Shown: one piece after another, positions 37,584 through 48,161 of the stretch
How positions within the stretch are numbered: position 1 is the stretch's first letter
How the letters are laid out: each line of letters opens with the position of its first letter
NCBI GenBank assembly: GCA_963775425.1
Contig: CAVZJB010000010.1
Location: forward strand, 31,361-95,360
Length of the DNA stretch: 64,000 bases
Source of the DNA: an uncultured delta proteobacterium
GTDB lineage: Bacteria; Myxococcota; UBA727; VGSZ01
Direction of reading: 5' to 3'
Position numbers and translations under genes: made by a program
The notes under the pieces: generated by a model
Seen by the model: the letters and a program-made list of their open reading frames with translations, nothing else
The model's database searches: none
Told to the model about the DNA's origin: nothing

Positions 37584-38441
37584 GTGGGGCGGGCGGCGAC
37601 CCTGGTGCTCGCGTGCGCGCTGTCGTCGACGACGGCGTGCGCCACGCTCCGGCAGGGCGCCGAGGACGTGGCCGGCTTCGGCGTCGGGCTGAACGCGAGC
37701 GACCCGCACCGCTTCGCTGCCGAGGACGGCGTCGGGGCCGCGTGCTCCGACGGCTCGCTCGTGTGGATCGTCCCCGTCGACGGCGGCGTGGTCCTCGTCG
37801 ACGCCGGCTTCGACGAGAGCGGCGCCGCCGTCCGCGCCGCGCTCCACCGCCGCCGCGTGCTCGCGGTGCTCCTCACGCACGCCCACCCCGACCACATCGC
37901 CGCCGCCGGCGCCTTCGCCGCTCCCGTCTACGTCGGCCGCGCCGACGTCCCTCTGCTGTCCGGCAGGCACGCCGTGAAGGACCTCGCCGTCGCGCTCGCG
38001 AGCGCCCTGCTCGCGCCGCCCGTGCCGCGTACGGTCATCCCCGTCGACGACGGCTTCACCCTCGTCGTCGGTGGCCGCACCTTCCGCGCCGTCGCCGTGC
38101 CCGGCCACACCCCGGGCAGCACCGCGTGGCTCCGCGGCGGGCTGCTGTTCACCGGCGACGCCGCGGTCTCTCCGCGCGGCCGCGCCGTCGTGCCGCCGCC
38201 GGAGCCCTACAGCGAAGACCCCGCGCGCGCGCGCGCCTCGCTCCGCCGCCTCGCCGATCGCGCCGCCGGCCTCGGCGTCACGGAGATCCTCGACGGCCAC
38301 TACGGCCGCGTCGCCGTCACGCCCGCGCTGTGGGCCGCGTCCCTCGCGCGCGTGCACGCCGCCGACGCCGGCGACGAGGTGGACGACGGCGGCAGGCCCT
38401 GGGGCTGCGCGCTCAAAACAGCTTCGGCCGCATCTTTTTGA
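37584..38441 (+). CDS. MBL-fold metallo-hydrolase, probably a lipoprotein
   Basis: LVDAG, THAHPDH, PGHTPG and LFTGD. Confidence 0.85.
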   Translation: MGRAATLVLACALSSTTACATLRQGAEDVAGFGVGLNASDPHRFAAEDGVGAACSDGSLVWIVPVDGGVVLVDAGFDESGAAVRAALHRRRVLAVLLTHAHPDHIAAAGAFAAPVYVGRADVPLLSGRHAVKDLAVALASALLAPPVPRTVIPVDDGFTLVVGGRTFRAVAVPGHTPGSTAWLRGGLLFTGDAAVSPRGRAVVPPPEPYSEDPARARASLRRLADRAAGLGVTEILDGHYGRVAVTPALWAASLARVHAADAGDEVDDGGRPWGCALKTASAASF

Positions 38442-41121
38442 TCTCGACCTTGTTGTCGTTGCCGCCGCGGCCCTTCCGCTTCTTCTCGTTGGGGTCCTTC
38501 TCGAGCTGGCTGTCGAGCAGGGCCGTCACCTTGGAGAAGTTGTTCATGTAGACGATGTTGCCGGGCTCGAGGTCGATGGCGATCTTGAGCTGCTCCATGG
38601 CCTCGACGTGCCGCTTCAAGCGGATGGAGAGCACGACGCCGAGGCGGTTGCGCAGCGCGGCCGCCCTGGGGTTGATGGAGACCGCCTCCTCGAGGAGCTT
38701 CACGGCCTTGTCGTAGTTGCCCTTGCCCTCGGCCTCGCTCGCCGCCTCGAAGAGCTGAAGCTCGCGCGACTTGCCGCCGCCGGGCGGCTTGGCGGCCACG
38801 CCGTGGGCGTCGAGCTCCTTCAAGAAGTCGGCGTACGTGGGGATGCTCGGGTCGTACATCACCGCGAGCTTGGCGTTCATGCGCGCGCTCGACAGTCGGC
38901 CCTCGGTGTGGTCCTTCACCGCCTGCTCGAAGATCTTCTCGGCCTTGCGCGCCTGCTCGAAGGGCACCGTGCTGCCCGCCGAGGGGCGGGGGCCCGCGAG
39001 CCCGCGCGCTTGCGTGGGCGGACGCGCGACGCCCGCCGGCTGCCCGGGCTTTTGCAGGCTCTGCCCCGGCAGCCCCGGGATGGCGGGCGAGGAGCGCTGC
39101 AGCGATTGGCCGGGGAGGCCGGGGATCGGCGGCGGCTTCGCCTCCACGACCTGCGGCGTCGGGCTCCGGGCCGGGACCACGGAGACGGCCGGCGGCGGCG
39201 GCGGGTCCTTGTTGGGCGGCGGCTCGGTGGGCGCCTCTCCCGTCGGCAGCGGCCTGAGCGCGTCGGACGGCAGGTCGGGCAGCGACGCCGTCTGCGCGGA
39301 GCTCAGGCCGGGCAGCGCCGCCGTGCGCAGCTCGACGTCGAAGCCCTCCTCCTCGTCGTCGATCTCCTCGACCTGGCTTTGACCAATCTCGTCGGCGTCG
39401 GCCGTCTGGCTGTCGTCGTCGCCGGCGGTCTCCCACGCGTCGTCCTCGTCGGCCTCGTCGGCCTCGTCGGCGTGCGGGGGGAGCTCGTCTTGCTCGGGCT
39501 CGTCGCCTCGCCCGCCGGGCAACGGGCCGGTGAGCTCGTCGGAGGGGATCCCCGGATCGCCCGTGGCGTCGTCGTGGATGCTCGGCCGCGCGGTGATCAG
39601 GTCCGCGACGTCGCCGAGGCCCGGGCGCGCCGCGGTCTCCAGCACCTCGTCGGGCTCGTCGTCCCCCTCGAGGGAGTCGGGCTCCTCGAGCGCCCGCGCC
39701 TCCGCGACCGCCCCGGCGGGGCCGGGGGCGTCGCCGAGGCCGGTGGGGTCGCGCAGCGCCGCCGGCAGCTCCTCGTCGCCGTCGGTGCGCGCGGGCCGCC
39801 GCGGACCCGTGGACATGCTGCTGTCGAAGAAGCCGCCGACGTCGTCGTCCCCGCCGGGGGGCAGGAACTCGTCCTGATCGAGCAGCTCGGGCTGGTCCTC
39901 GGCGGGCGCTTCGCGCGAGCGCTCCCTCGCGGTCTCCTTGGCCTCCTTGGCCTCCTTGGCCTCCTTGGCCTCCTTGGCCGCCGTCACCGGCTCCCCGTCC
40001 CCGGAGGCGTCGCGCGGCAACGGCGGGGGCGACGCGCTCGAGCGCTGCGAGCGCCCGGCGTCGGACGGCTCCGAGGGCGGGGCGTCGGCGAGCGACGGCG
40101 GCCGGGGCCGCGCCTCGGGCGTCGCGCGCGCAAAGACGTTGGAGATGTTGTTGGGGTTGGTCTCGGAGAACGCGTTTCCGCGTCCCTCGTCGAGGACGAT
40201 GCCGTCGGCGCGCTCGTTGTCCTCCTCGACGCGCACCGACGCGAAGCCCGGCAGCCGGCTCTTCTTGAGCGCCGCCTCGGCGCTCTTGATGATGGTGGGC
40301 TCGGCCGCCGAGGCGCGGCTCCCGCGGATCTGCGCGCGCGTCTCGACGACGTCGTCGAGGGCGGCAGCGGCGGCGACGGCGCTCTTTTCGCCGTCCCCGC
40401 TCCCGCGCTCCTTCTTGGCGTCCTTGCGCCCGCCGTCGTCCGCGTCGGGGAAGCCGGAGAACGCCGCCACCACCGTGCGCTCGCCTCCCGCGGCGTCGGG
40501 GCGGGGGGCGGAGACGGCGCTCTCGCTGCGCGAGATCATCGACGACGACGACGCCGAGCCGGACGTCTTCTTGCGCTTCTTGGTCGTGCGCAGACGGATG
40601 ATGCCCTTGTCGGCGAGCATGGAGACGGCGACCTTGAACTCGCTGTCCTCCATGGCGCTCTTCTTCTTGATGCGCCCGATGGATCGCTTGCCGTTGATGA
40701 AGCCGAGGACGTGCTGCTCGAAGGGCGACATCTTGAGGCTGCCCTGCACGGCCGTGGGCGAGACCTCGGGGACGGCGTCGGGGTGCAGCAGCGCGGCGGT
40801 GCTGCCGCCGATGTAGAAGCGCGCCTGGGTGACCTCGCGCGTCAGGCCGCCGGCGTCGCGCGAGGAGAAGTCGCTGTACTCGCCCTGGCCGTTGCCGAGG
40901 ATGATGGCGTCCTCGCCGAACTCCGAGGAGCCCGCGCCGCCGCCGCCGCCGGAGGTGCTGCGGCGCGGGAGCTTGGCCTCGCAATCGGCCGGCGGAAGCG
41001 ACCGCGCGGGATCGTCGTCGGTGATGTCATCCCCGAGGAAGCTCGTGTCGAGGATGTACTCGCAGCCCGGGCAGATGAACGCCCCCGGCTGCACACTCCT
41101 ACCGCACTTCGGACATTCCAT
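38413..41121 (-). CDS. Zinc-ribbon protein with long acidic/Pro-rich linker and C-terminal TPR
   Basis: MECPKC...CPGC; C-terminal TPR helices; EAK x4 repeat. Confidence 0.78.
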   Translation of the reverse strand: MECPKCGRSVQPGAFICPGCEYILDTSFLGDDITDDDPARSLPPADCEAKLPRRSTSGGGGGAGSSEFGEDAIILGNGQGEYSDFSSRDAGGLTREVTQARFYIGGSTAALLHPDAVPEVSPTAVQGSLKMSPFEQHVLGFINGKRSIGRIKKKSAMEDSEFKVAVSMLADKGIIRLRTTKKRKKTSGSASSSSMISRSESAVSAPRPDAAGGERTVVAAFSGFPDADDGGRKDAKKERGSGDGEKSAVAAAAALDDVVETRAQIRGSRASAAEPTIIKSAEAALKKSRLPGFASVRVEEDNERADGIVLDEGRGNAFSETNPNNISNVFARATPEARPRPPSLADAPPSEPSDAGRSQRSSASPPPLPRDASGDGEPVTAAKEAKEAKEAKEAKETARERSREAPAEDQPELLDQDEFLPPGGDDDVGGFFDSSMSTGPRRPARTDGDEELPAALRDPTGLGDAPGPAGAVAEARALEEPDSLEGDDEPDEVLETAARPGLGDVADLITARPSIHDDATGDPGIPSDELTGPLPGGRGDEPEQDELPPHADEADEADEDDAWETAGDDDSQTADADEIGQSQVEEIDDEEEGFDVELRTAALPGLSSAQTASLPDLPSDALRPLPTGEAPTEPPPNKDPPPPPAVSVVPARSPTPQVVEAKPPPIPGLPGQSLQRSSPAIPGLPGQSLQKPGQPAGVARPPTQARGLAGPRPSAGSTVPFEQARKAEKIFEQAVKDHTEGRLSSARMNAKLAVMYDPSIPTYADFLKELDAHGVAAKPPGGGKSRELQLFEAASEAEGKGNYDKAVKLLEEAVSINPRAAALRNRLGVVLSIRLKRHVEAMEQLKIAIDLEPGNIVYMNNFSKVTALLDSQLEKDPNEKKRKGRGGNDNKVEIKKMRPKLF

Positions 41122-41141
41122 GACGACCCGGCACCCGTAGC

Positions 41142-41822
41142 CTACACGTATGGGGTCGGGTCGGGCACCCCGGCGTCGACGAAGCCGCGCCGCCGGATAC
41201 GACAACTGTCGCATGCGCCGCACGCGCGGGGCCCCCCGGGCGCGTGCCGGGGGTCGTAGCAGGACCACGTCAGGCCGTAGTCCACGCCGAGGCGGATCCC
41301 CTCGCGGATGATCTCCGCCTTGGTCATGGCCATCAGGGGAGCGCGCACGTGGAAGGATTCCCCCTCCACGCCCACCTTGGTGGCGAGGTTGGCCAGGCGC
41401 TCGAACGCCTCGATGAACTCCGGCCGGCAGTCGGGGTAGCCCGAGTAGTCGACGGCGTTGGCCCCGATGAAGATCTCGCGCGCCCCGATGATCTCGGCGA
41501 ACGCCAGCGCGAACGACAGGAAGATGGTGTTGCGCGCGGGGACGTAGGTGACGGGGATGCCGTCGGTGCCCTCGCGCGGCACCGCGATGTCGTCGGTGGT
41601 GAGGGCGGACCCGCCGAAGGCGCGCAGATCGACCTCGACCACGCGGTGGCTCGTGGCGCCGAGCGCCTTGGCGACGACGCGGGCGGCGTCGAGCTCGACG
41701 ACGTGGCGTTGGCTGTAGTCGAAGGACAGCGCGTGGCACTCGAGGCCGCGGGAGCGCGCGACGGCGAGGGCGGTGGCGGAGTCGAGGCCGCCGGACACGA
41801 GCACCACGGCCGACGAGGTCAA
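41142..41822 (-). CDS. queC: 7-cyano-7-deazaguanine synthase
   Basis: [22 protein letters not shown] and TWSCY..CGACDSC; TTG start overlaps the upstream stop. Confidence 0.95.
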   Translation of the reverse strand: MTSSAVVLVSGGLDSATALAVARSRGLECHALSFDYSQRHVVELDAARVVAKALGATSHRVVEVDLRAFGGSALTTDDIAVPREGTDGIPVTYVPARNTIFLSFALAFAEIIGAREIFIGANAVDYSGYPDCRPEFIEAFERLANLATKVGVEGESFHVRAPLMAMTKAEIIREGIRLGVDYGLTWSCYDPRHAPGGPRACGACDSCRIRRRGFVDAGVPDPTPYV

Positions 41823-42901
41823 GCCGCGCCGCCTCCCGACATGGCGTCGGCGACCTCGATGGCCATGTTCTTGTACGTGTCGCGCACGAAGCTCAGGTAG
41901 CTCTCGTCGTCGACGCCGGAGGCGCGGGCGAGGGCCGTGATGCCGTCGAGGGTCTTGTCCCACGTCTCCTTGACGGTCTCGAGCGTCCAGAAGCCCGTGA
42001 GGATGGGCGTGGGGCGGATGTCGGCGGCGTCCTTCTCGAGGTCGATCCAGTCGTCCATCACCTGCACGAAGAGCGACACCGAGACCATCCACTCGCGGGC
42101 TGCGTCGCCGGCGAAGCGCCACACGGGGAAGAAGAGCCCGTCGATGGTGCCGAGGACGCCGGCCATGCGCCAGCAACAGCCCGAGGGATCCGACACGCCG
42201 GTCATGGCCTTGACCTCGCTGTCGACGTACTCGTGCAGCCGCCTCACGGCGCGATCGTAGACGCGCTTGTCCTCGCCCTCGATGCCCTCGCCCATCTCGA
42301 CGAACAGCGCGCGCAGGAACCGGAAGGCGCCGGCGTTTTCGTCGCCGTCCTCGGGCGTCCAGGAGCCGTCGAGGACGCCGCGCATGCGCTGCCCGCGCGA
42401 GGGGCCGTCGAGGACGCCCATGCAGTGGTCGAAGACGTGGTCCACGGCCGCGATGAACGCTGCGATCTGGACGATGCGCCGGTGGGTGTCCTCGTCGAGG
42501 AGCTTGCCGGCGAGCTTGACGCCCACCCCCGCCCACGACGCCAGCGTCGGCGGCAGGAGCCCGAGCGCGGTGCCCGCCCAGCGCAGGGCGCCCACCGCGA
42601 ACGGCGGCTTGGGCGACGAGAACAGCACCGTGTACGGCGCCGTCGCGTAGAGGTTGCACGTGAGGAAGCGCAGCTTCCGGTCGACGCGCCCCTCGAGCGC
42701 CTCCGGCCAGTGCTTCTCGTACAGCGGCTTCACCCAGCGATCGTGGTTCTTGAACGTGATGGTGCGGATGGCCTCGGGGAAGGCGCGCACCGCCGCCACC
42801 GGCTCTCCCATGAGCTCCTTGAGCGCAGCGATGCGCTCCGGCTCCGTCATGCGGGATGCCGCGGTGTCCTGCACCTCACGGCGGGCGGCCGTCGACGTCA
42901 T
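41819..42901 (-). CDS. Hypothetical protein, possibly class I isoprenoid-synthase-like helical fold
   Basis: Asp-rich DHVFD and [12 protein letters not shown] motifs in a helical protein. Confidence 0.55.
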   Translation of the reverse strand: MTSTAARREVQDTAASRMTEPERIAALKELMGEPVAAVRAFPEAIRTITFKNHDRWVKPLYEKHWPEALEGRVDRKLRFLTCNLYATAPYTVLFSSPKPPFAVGALRWAGTALGLLPPTLASWAGVGVKLAGKLLDEDTHRRIVQIAAFIAAVDHVFDHCMGVLDGPSRGQRMRGVLDGSWTPEDGDENAGAFRFLRALFVEMGEGIEGEDKRVYDRAVRRLHEYVDSEVKAMTGVSDPSGCCWRMAGVLGTIDGLFFPVWRFAGDAAREWMVSVSLFVQVMDDWIDLEKDAADIRPTPILTGFWTLETVKETWDKTLDGITALARASGVDDESYLSFVRDTYKNMAIEVADAMSGGGAA

Positions 42902-43005
42902 GCCAACGCGATGGCGCCTCGCGGCGGCGAGCGCAACCCCCGGTCACGCCGATGCGGGCCGCCCCATGCGGGGCGACCCTCGCGACGCGGGGGCGAGCCC
43001 CGGCC

Positions 43006-45120
43006 CTACTCGCCGTTGCCCGCGGGCGGGGAGAGCTCGTCGACGAGGTGCTTCGCCCCGTAGACCTTGTCGAGCGCGTGGAGGATGCCGCTCGAGGCCA
43101 CCGAGACCGCACGCGCGATCTTGTCCGAGTAGACGAAACGGTTGGGCAGCGACTGGATGTTGCCGTCGAAGATGAGCCCCACCACCCGGCCGTTGGCGTT
43201 CCACACCGGGCTGCCGGAGTTGCCGCCGATGATGTCGTTCGTCGACACGAAGTTGAGCGGCACGGAGAAGTCCACGGCGCCCATCTTGTCCTTCCAGCGC
43301 TGGGCGATGTCGTACGGCGGCTTGTCGTGGTGGCGCTTGTTCTTGGTGTAGAGGTCGCCGAAGCCCGTGGCCCAACGGATCTTCCTGCCGTCCTCGACGT
43401 AGCCCTTCACGTTGCCGGTGGAGATGCGCAGCGTGAACGTGGCGTCGGGGTACACGCTGGTGCCGTAGACCTTGTTCATGGCCTCGGCGATGCGGCCGTT
43501 GTAGGTGCGCTCCGCCGCCTCCACCTCGTCCTCGTACTGCTTGCGGATGTCCCGGGCGCGCTTGTCCCACGAGCGCACGAACTCGATGAGCGGGTCCTTG
43601 GCCTCGTCGAGGGCCTTCTTGCCGTCGCCCTTCTTGATGCGCTCGTAGATGGCCTTGCGCACGGCGACGTCGTCGAGCTTGGTGCCGTTGACCACCTCCT
43701 CGGCGCGCGCCCGCGGCTCCTTGCCCTGAAGCGCCTTCTTCACGTCGCGGTCGGCCTTGGTGAGGACGGTGCGCATGTTGTCGAGGCCGAACGCGATCTT
43801 CTCCACCTCGAGGCTCTTTTCGATGGGCGCGTCGGAGAACAGGTGCAGCTCCACGCTCGGGAGGTTGCTGTCACGGTACTCGCGCAGCCGGTCCTCGCTC
43901 TTCTTGGGCATCTCGTCGGCGAGGCGCACGAGGTCGCGGGCGATGCCGAACAGGTGCCCGCTCGGCCCCAGGCGGTACTCGGTGACGTAGAGGGCCTTGG
44001 CGTAGCTGCGGTAGTCCTTGTACGCCTTCTCGAGCTTGGGGAACGCCTCGAGGAGCCGGTCCTTCTCGGCCTTGTCCGTGAGCGCGTTGACCTTGACGAT
44101 GAGCTCGTCCTGGCGCTTCTTGTATTGCGCCATCAGGTCCTTGTCCTTGAGGCCGCCCTCGTAGCCCTTGATGGCCTTGATGGTGTTTTCGACGCCGAAG
44201 ACGTCGTGGCTGCCGGCGCGCTTCTCGGCCTCGCCCTTCGCCATGTACTTCTTGAGGATGCCGTCGAGGGCGACGTAGCGATCGATGATGAGCGGATAGG
44301 TGACGTCGCGCAGGAGCTCGAGCTTGGCGAGCACCGAGAAGCGGTCGGTGGAGCCCGGGTGACCGGAGACGAACACGGTCTCACCGTCCTGCGGTCCGCG
44401 CGCGGAGAACGTGAAGAACTCGGGCGTCGTCGCCGGCTTGTCGCCCGCGTAGACACGGAAGAAGGAGACGTCGAGGTCCTCGCGCGGGTAGGTGAAGTTG
44501 TCGGGGTCGCCGCCGAAGAACGCGGTCTGGAACTCGGGCGCGAACACCAAGCGCACGTCGGTGTACTTCTTGTATTGGTACAGGTTGTACATGCCGCCGC
44601 CGTACAGGGTGACGACGTCGCAGCGCGCCTTGGTCTCGTCGGCGCAGGCCTTCTCGATCCGGGCCATCTCCGCCTTGCGCGCGGTGTTCTTGTCGGCGTC
44701 GCTCTTTTTGTCCTTGGCCGCCGCTTCGACCTTGTCGGTGACGTCGCTGATCTTCTGCAGGACGTTGAGCTCGAGGTCGGGGCACTTGCGCTCGTCGGCG
44801 CCGCCGTTGGCGATGAAGCCGGTGTTCAGGTAGTCGGGCGCGCCCTTCTCCTCGGAGAGCTTGGAGATGCAGTCCTGCGCCACGTGGTGGTTGGTCATCA
44901 CGAGGCCGTCCTTGGAGACGAACGACCCGGAGCCGCCGTTGTTGAAGCGGACGCTCGCGTGCATGGCCTTTTGGAGCAGCGGCTGCGTGAGCTTCACGCC
45001 GTGCGCCTTGAAAACGGCGTCGACGGGAAAGAGGTTCAACGGCCACATGCCCTCGTCGGCGCGGGCGGACAGCCCGGCGGTGACGGCGAATGCGGCGGCG
45101 ACGAAGGCGAGGCGCTTCAT
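43006..45120 (-). CDS. S46 family peptidase (DPP7/DPP11-like)
   Basis: Signal peptide then DEGMW; TNHHV; YPDATFTLR; DIIGGNSGSP; GLIFDGN. Confidence 0.95.
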   Translation of the reverse strand: MKRLAFVAAAFAVTAGLSARADEGMWPLNLFPVDAVFKAHGVKLTQPLLQKAMHASVRFNNGGSGSFVSKDGLVMTNHHVAQDCISKLSEEKGAPDYLNTGFIANGGADERKCPDLELNVLQKISDVTDKVEAAAKDKKSDADKNTARKAEMARIEKACADETKARCDVVTLYGGGMYNLYQYKKYTDVRLVFAPEFQTAFFGGDPDNFTYPREDLDVSFFRVYAGDKPATTPEFFTFSARGPQDGETVFVSGHPGSTDRFSVLAKLELLRDVTYPLIIDRYVALDGILKKYMAKGEAEKRAGSHDVFGVENTIKAIKGYEGGLKDKDLMAQYKKRQDELIVKVNALTDKAEKDRLLEAFPKLEKAYKDYRSYAKALYVTEYRLGPSGHLFGIARDLVRLADEMPKKSEDRLREYRDSNLPSVELHLFSDAPIEKSLEVEKIAFGLDNMRTVLTKADRDVKKALQGKEPRARAEEVVNGTKLDDVAVRKAIYERIKKGDGKKALDEAKDPLIEFVRSWDKRARDIRKQYEDEVEAAERTYNGRIAEAMNKVYGTSVYPDATFTLRISTGNVKGYVEDGRKIRWATGFGDLYTKNKRHHDKPPYDIAQRWKDKMGAVDFSVPLNFVSTNDIIGGNSGSPVWNANGRVVGLIFDGNIQSLPNRFVYSDKIARAVSVASSGILHALDKVYGAKHLVDELSPPAGNGE

Positions 45121-45247
45121 GAAAAACTCCGGGTTCCCGCGCGTGCACCCGCGCGCGGAGACGCGCGGGCGGTTGATCGGGCGTTGTGCGGCGGTAGCCT
45201 GCAACAGGATGCGGCTCCGACGGAAGCCCCTCGCGCCGAGCGCACGG

Positions 45248-45718
45248 ATGGACGGTGCCGTCGCGAGGCGCGCGTTCTCCCCCGAGGACGCGCCCACGGG
45301 CGACGTCGCCGTCGTCCTGGGGGCCAAGCCCGGCCCCCTCCTCAGGCAGCGCATGGACGCGGCGTGCGCGCTCGTCGCCCAGGGCAAGGCCCGGCGCCTC
45401 GTGTTGAGCGGGCTCCACGAGGAGATGCCGTACATGAGCGCGCGCGCGCGCACGGTCCTCGACGACGGCGACATCCTCGTCGACGACGGCGCCACGCGCA
45501 CGCTCGAGAACCTGCGGCGCGCGCGCGACCTCTTCGGCCTTCACCGGGTGCTGGTGGTCACCCAGCGCTTCCACATGGGCCGAGCGCTCTTCCTCGCCGA
45601 CGCCCTCGGCCTCGACGCCGTCGGCGTGCTCGCGACGGGCGGGCCGCGCACGCTGTCGGGGCGGCTGCGCGAGAGGGTCGCCCGCGTGCGCGCGCTCGTC
45701 GACGTGGCGCTCCTCTAG
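45248..45718 (+). CDS. SanA/YdcF (DUF218) family protein
   Basis: VVLGA, LVLSG, RTLEN, VTQRFHMGRA and LRE; start codon uncertain. Confidence 0.8.
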   Translation: MDGAVARRAFSPEDAPTGDVAVVLGAKPGPLLRQRMDAACALVAQGKARRLVLSGLHEEMPYMSARARTVLDDGDILVDDGATRTLENLRRARDLFGLHRVLVVTQRFHMGRALFLADALGLDAVGVLATGGPRTLSGRLRERVARVRALVDVALL

Positions 45719-45743
45719 CTCGGCGCGACCCTTCCGCCTCGTG

Positions 45744-46703
45744 TCAGGCGAGGCGGGCGAGGTGGACGGCGAAGCGGTGAGCGCCGTCGTAGTAGCTGAT
45801 CACGCGGGAGAAGCCGGCGGCGGCGAGGATGGCGTCGACGCGGGCGAGGTCGTACTTGGCGCTGGTCTCGATGTGCACTCGCTCGCCGGCGGCGAAGTCG
45901 ACGGCGGCGTCGAGGGCCTCGATGCGCACGGACTGCGCGCGCGTGGCCTCGAGGTAGATCTCGATGTTGGACCCGGCCTCGTCCCACTCGGCGACGTGCC
46001 GGAAGCCGTCGACGTCGAAGGCGGCGCCGAGCTCGCGGTTGAGCCTCACCAGCGTGTTCTTGCTGAAGCGCGCGGTGACGCCGGAGGCGTCGTCGTACGC
46101 GGCGCGCAGGACCTCGGGGTCCTTCTTGAGGTCGGTGCCGAGCACGAGCACGGCGTCCCTGCGCAGGTGGCGGCGCGCGGCGGCGAGCATCCGGGCGGCT
46201 TCGTCGTCACGCAGGTTGCCGATGGAGCTGCCGATGTGCAGCAGCACCTGCCGGTCGGCGAGGGCGGCGACGTGCGGACCGGCCGCGTCGTGCGTGCCGG
46301 CCACGGTGCGCACGTCGACGGTGGGCAGCGTGTCGGCGATGCGCTCGGCCGCCTGCGACACCGCGCCGCCGGCGATGTCGCACGCGAGGAACACGCAGGA
46401 TCCCTGCGCGCGCACCACGGCGTCGAGGAGGATCTCCGTCTTCTCGGCCGTCCCCGCGCCGAGCTCCGCGACCGCGACGCGCGGCACGCCCTCGCGCATC
46501 TGCGCCACCATGGCGTCGCCGTGGCGGGAGAAGATCTCTGCCTCCGCGCGCGTCGGGTAGTACTCGGGGAGCAGCGTGATCTCGTCGTAGATGGCGCAGC
46601 CGGCCTCGTCGTACAGGAGCCACGTCGGCAACGACTTGGGTGAAGAGAACAGACCGGCCGCAACCGCATCCGCGAGCATGTTCTTCGGCGTTCCGTCGGC
46701 CAT
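45744..46703 (-). CDS. egtD: L-histidine N-alpha-methyltransferase
   Basis: LPEYYPTRAE, ELGAG..KT, GSSIGN, AYDD..GVTA.F and IETSAKY. Confidence 0.92.
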   Translation of the reverse strand: MADGTPKNMLADAVAAGLFSSPKSLPTWLLYDEAGCAIYDEITLLPEYYPTRAEAEIFSRHGDAMVAQMREGVPRVAVAELGAGTAEKTEILLDAVVRAQGSCVFLACDIAGGAVSQAAERIADTLPTVDVRTVAGTHDAAGPHVAALADRQVLLHIGSSIGNLRDDEAARMLAAARRHLRRDAVLVLGTDLKKDPEVLRAAYDDASGVTARFSKNTLVRLNRELGAAFDVDGFRHVAEWDEAGSNIEIYLEATRAQSVRIEALDAAVDFAAGERVHIETSAKYDLARVDAILAAAGFSRVISYYDGAHRFAVHLARLA

Positions 46704-46758
46704 CTGTTCCCCTCCTGGTCTCTGTGTGATCGCCGTGGTGCGATCGTCGTGGTGATCG

Positions 46759-48057
46759 TCAGCGGGCCAGGCGCGCGCCCGCCATCTGGAAGCGCGTACT
46801 TGGATGCCAGAAGTTGCGGTACGTCGCGCGCAGGTGATCCCGCGGCGTCAGACAGCTCCCGCCGCGCAGGACCATCTGCTGCGCCATGAACTTGCCGTTG
46901 TACTCGCCGAGCGCGCCCGCCGGCGCCGCGTAGCCCGGGTACGGCTCGTAGCTCGAGCGCGTCCACTCCCAGACGTCGCCGAAGAAGCCGCCGCCCGCCG
47001 CCGGCACGAGCGCGCCGGCGCCGCCGTCGGCGAAATTCTCCGTGCGGTCGTCGCGGGGCGCCCGTGCGGCCGCGTGCTCCCACTCCGCCTCCGTGGGCAG
47101 CCGCGCGCCGAGGAAGCGGGCGACGGCGTCGGCCTCCCAGAAGCTCAGGTGGCTCGCGGGCTCGTCGTCGCTCGGCCTGCGCCAGCCGCGCAGCGTGAAG
47201 ACCCGGTAGCCCTCGTCGTCGACGTGGGCGTAGCCGGGCGCGCGCCAGCCCTCGGCGCGCACGGTGTCCCAGCCCTCGGACAGCCACAGGGACGGCGTGT
47301 CGTAGCCGCCGGCCTCGATGAACGCCTTCACCTCGCCGACGCTCACCGGGCGCGACGCGATCGCGAAGTCCTCCAGGAACACGTTGTGCCGCGGGCGCTC
47401 GTTGTCGAACGCGAACCCGCCGCCGCCCTCGACCGACGCCGCCCCGATCTCGACGACGCCGCCCGCTTGCTCGAGCCACGCGCCCGCGGCCGGCGGCGCC
47501 GTCGAAGCCGGCGACGCCGTCGAGGCCGTCGAAGCCGTCGAAGCCGTCGAGGCCGTCGAAGCCGGAGCGTCGTCGGGCTTGTACGCGGGGCCGAGCGGGT
47601 TTTCGGCGAAGGCGTGCAGGATGTCGGTGAGGATGAGCTCCTGGTGCTGCTCCTCGTGCGCGAGCCCCACCTCGACCACCGCCGGGTCCGCCCCGCGCGC
47701 GTCGGCGATGGTGTCGAGCACCTCGAGCATGCGCCCGTCCACCGCGCGGCGGTACGCGCCGATCTCCTCGGCGCCGGGGCGCGACATCAGCCCGCGCTTG
47801 GGCCGCGCGACGCGCTCGCCGACGGCCTCGTAGTACGAGTTGAAGAGGTAGCCGTAGCGCGCGTCGACGGGGTCGATGCCGGCGGGCGCGAGCACGAAGG
47901 TCTCGAAGAACCAGGTGGTGTGCGCGCGGTGCCACTTCACCGGGCTCGCGAACGGCATGGACTGAAGCTGCTGGTCCTCGGGCGACAGCGGCGCCGCGAG
48001 CGCCTCCGTCGCCGCCCGCACGCGCGCGTAACGCGCGCGCGGCGTCTCTTCATCCAT
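46759..48057 (-). CDS. egtB: Ergothioneine biosynthesis sulfoxide synthase
   Basis: SPVKWHRAHTTWFFETF, FNSYY, HEEQHQEL, RLPTEAEWE and YNGKFM. Confidence 0.93.
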   Translation of the reverse strand: MDEETPRARYARVRAATEALAAPLSPEDQQLQSMPFASPVKWHRAHTTWFFETFVLAPAGIDPVDARYGYLFNSYYEAVGERVARPKRGLMSRPGAEEIGAYRRAVDGRMLEVLDTIADARGADPAVVEVGLAHEEQHQELILTDILHAFAENPLGPAYKPDDAPASTASTASTASTASTASPASTAPPAAGAWLEQAGGVVEIGAASVEGGGGFAFDNERPRHNVFLEDFAIASRPVSVGEVKAFIEAGGYDTPSLWLSEGWDTVRAEGWRAPGYAHVDDEGYRVFTLRGWRRPSDDEPASHLSFWEADAVARFLGARLPTEAEWEHAAARAPRDDRTENFADGGAGALVPAAGGGFFGDVWEWTRSSYEPYPGYAAPAGALGEYNGKFMAQQMVLRGGSCLTPRDHLRATYRNFWHPSTRFQMAGARLAR

Positions 48058-48161
48058 GGGACGCGCGCCGGGCATGGGCCGCGATACAACGCACATCCCC
48101 ATCGGGAAACCCAAACCGCCCCTCTCCGCGGCGTCGGGGGCCTCGTGCTATGTCCCGCCGC

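Noticed and set aside
41142-41822. QueC-based defence or DNA-modification system (QatC or dpd-like)
   Set aside because: The protein has canonical QueC length and motifs, and there are no TatD, ATPase or dpdA neighbours.
45744-48057. egtB-egtD without egtA/C/E as a novel pathway
   Set aside because: Two-gene egtBD clusters are common in bacteria.
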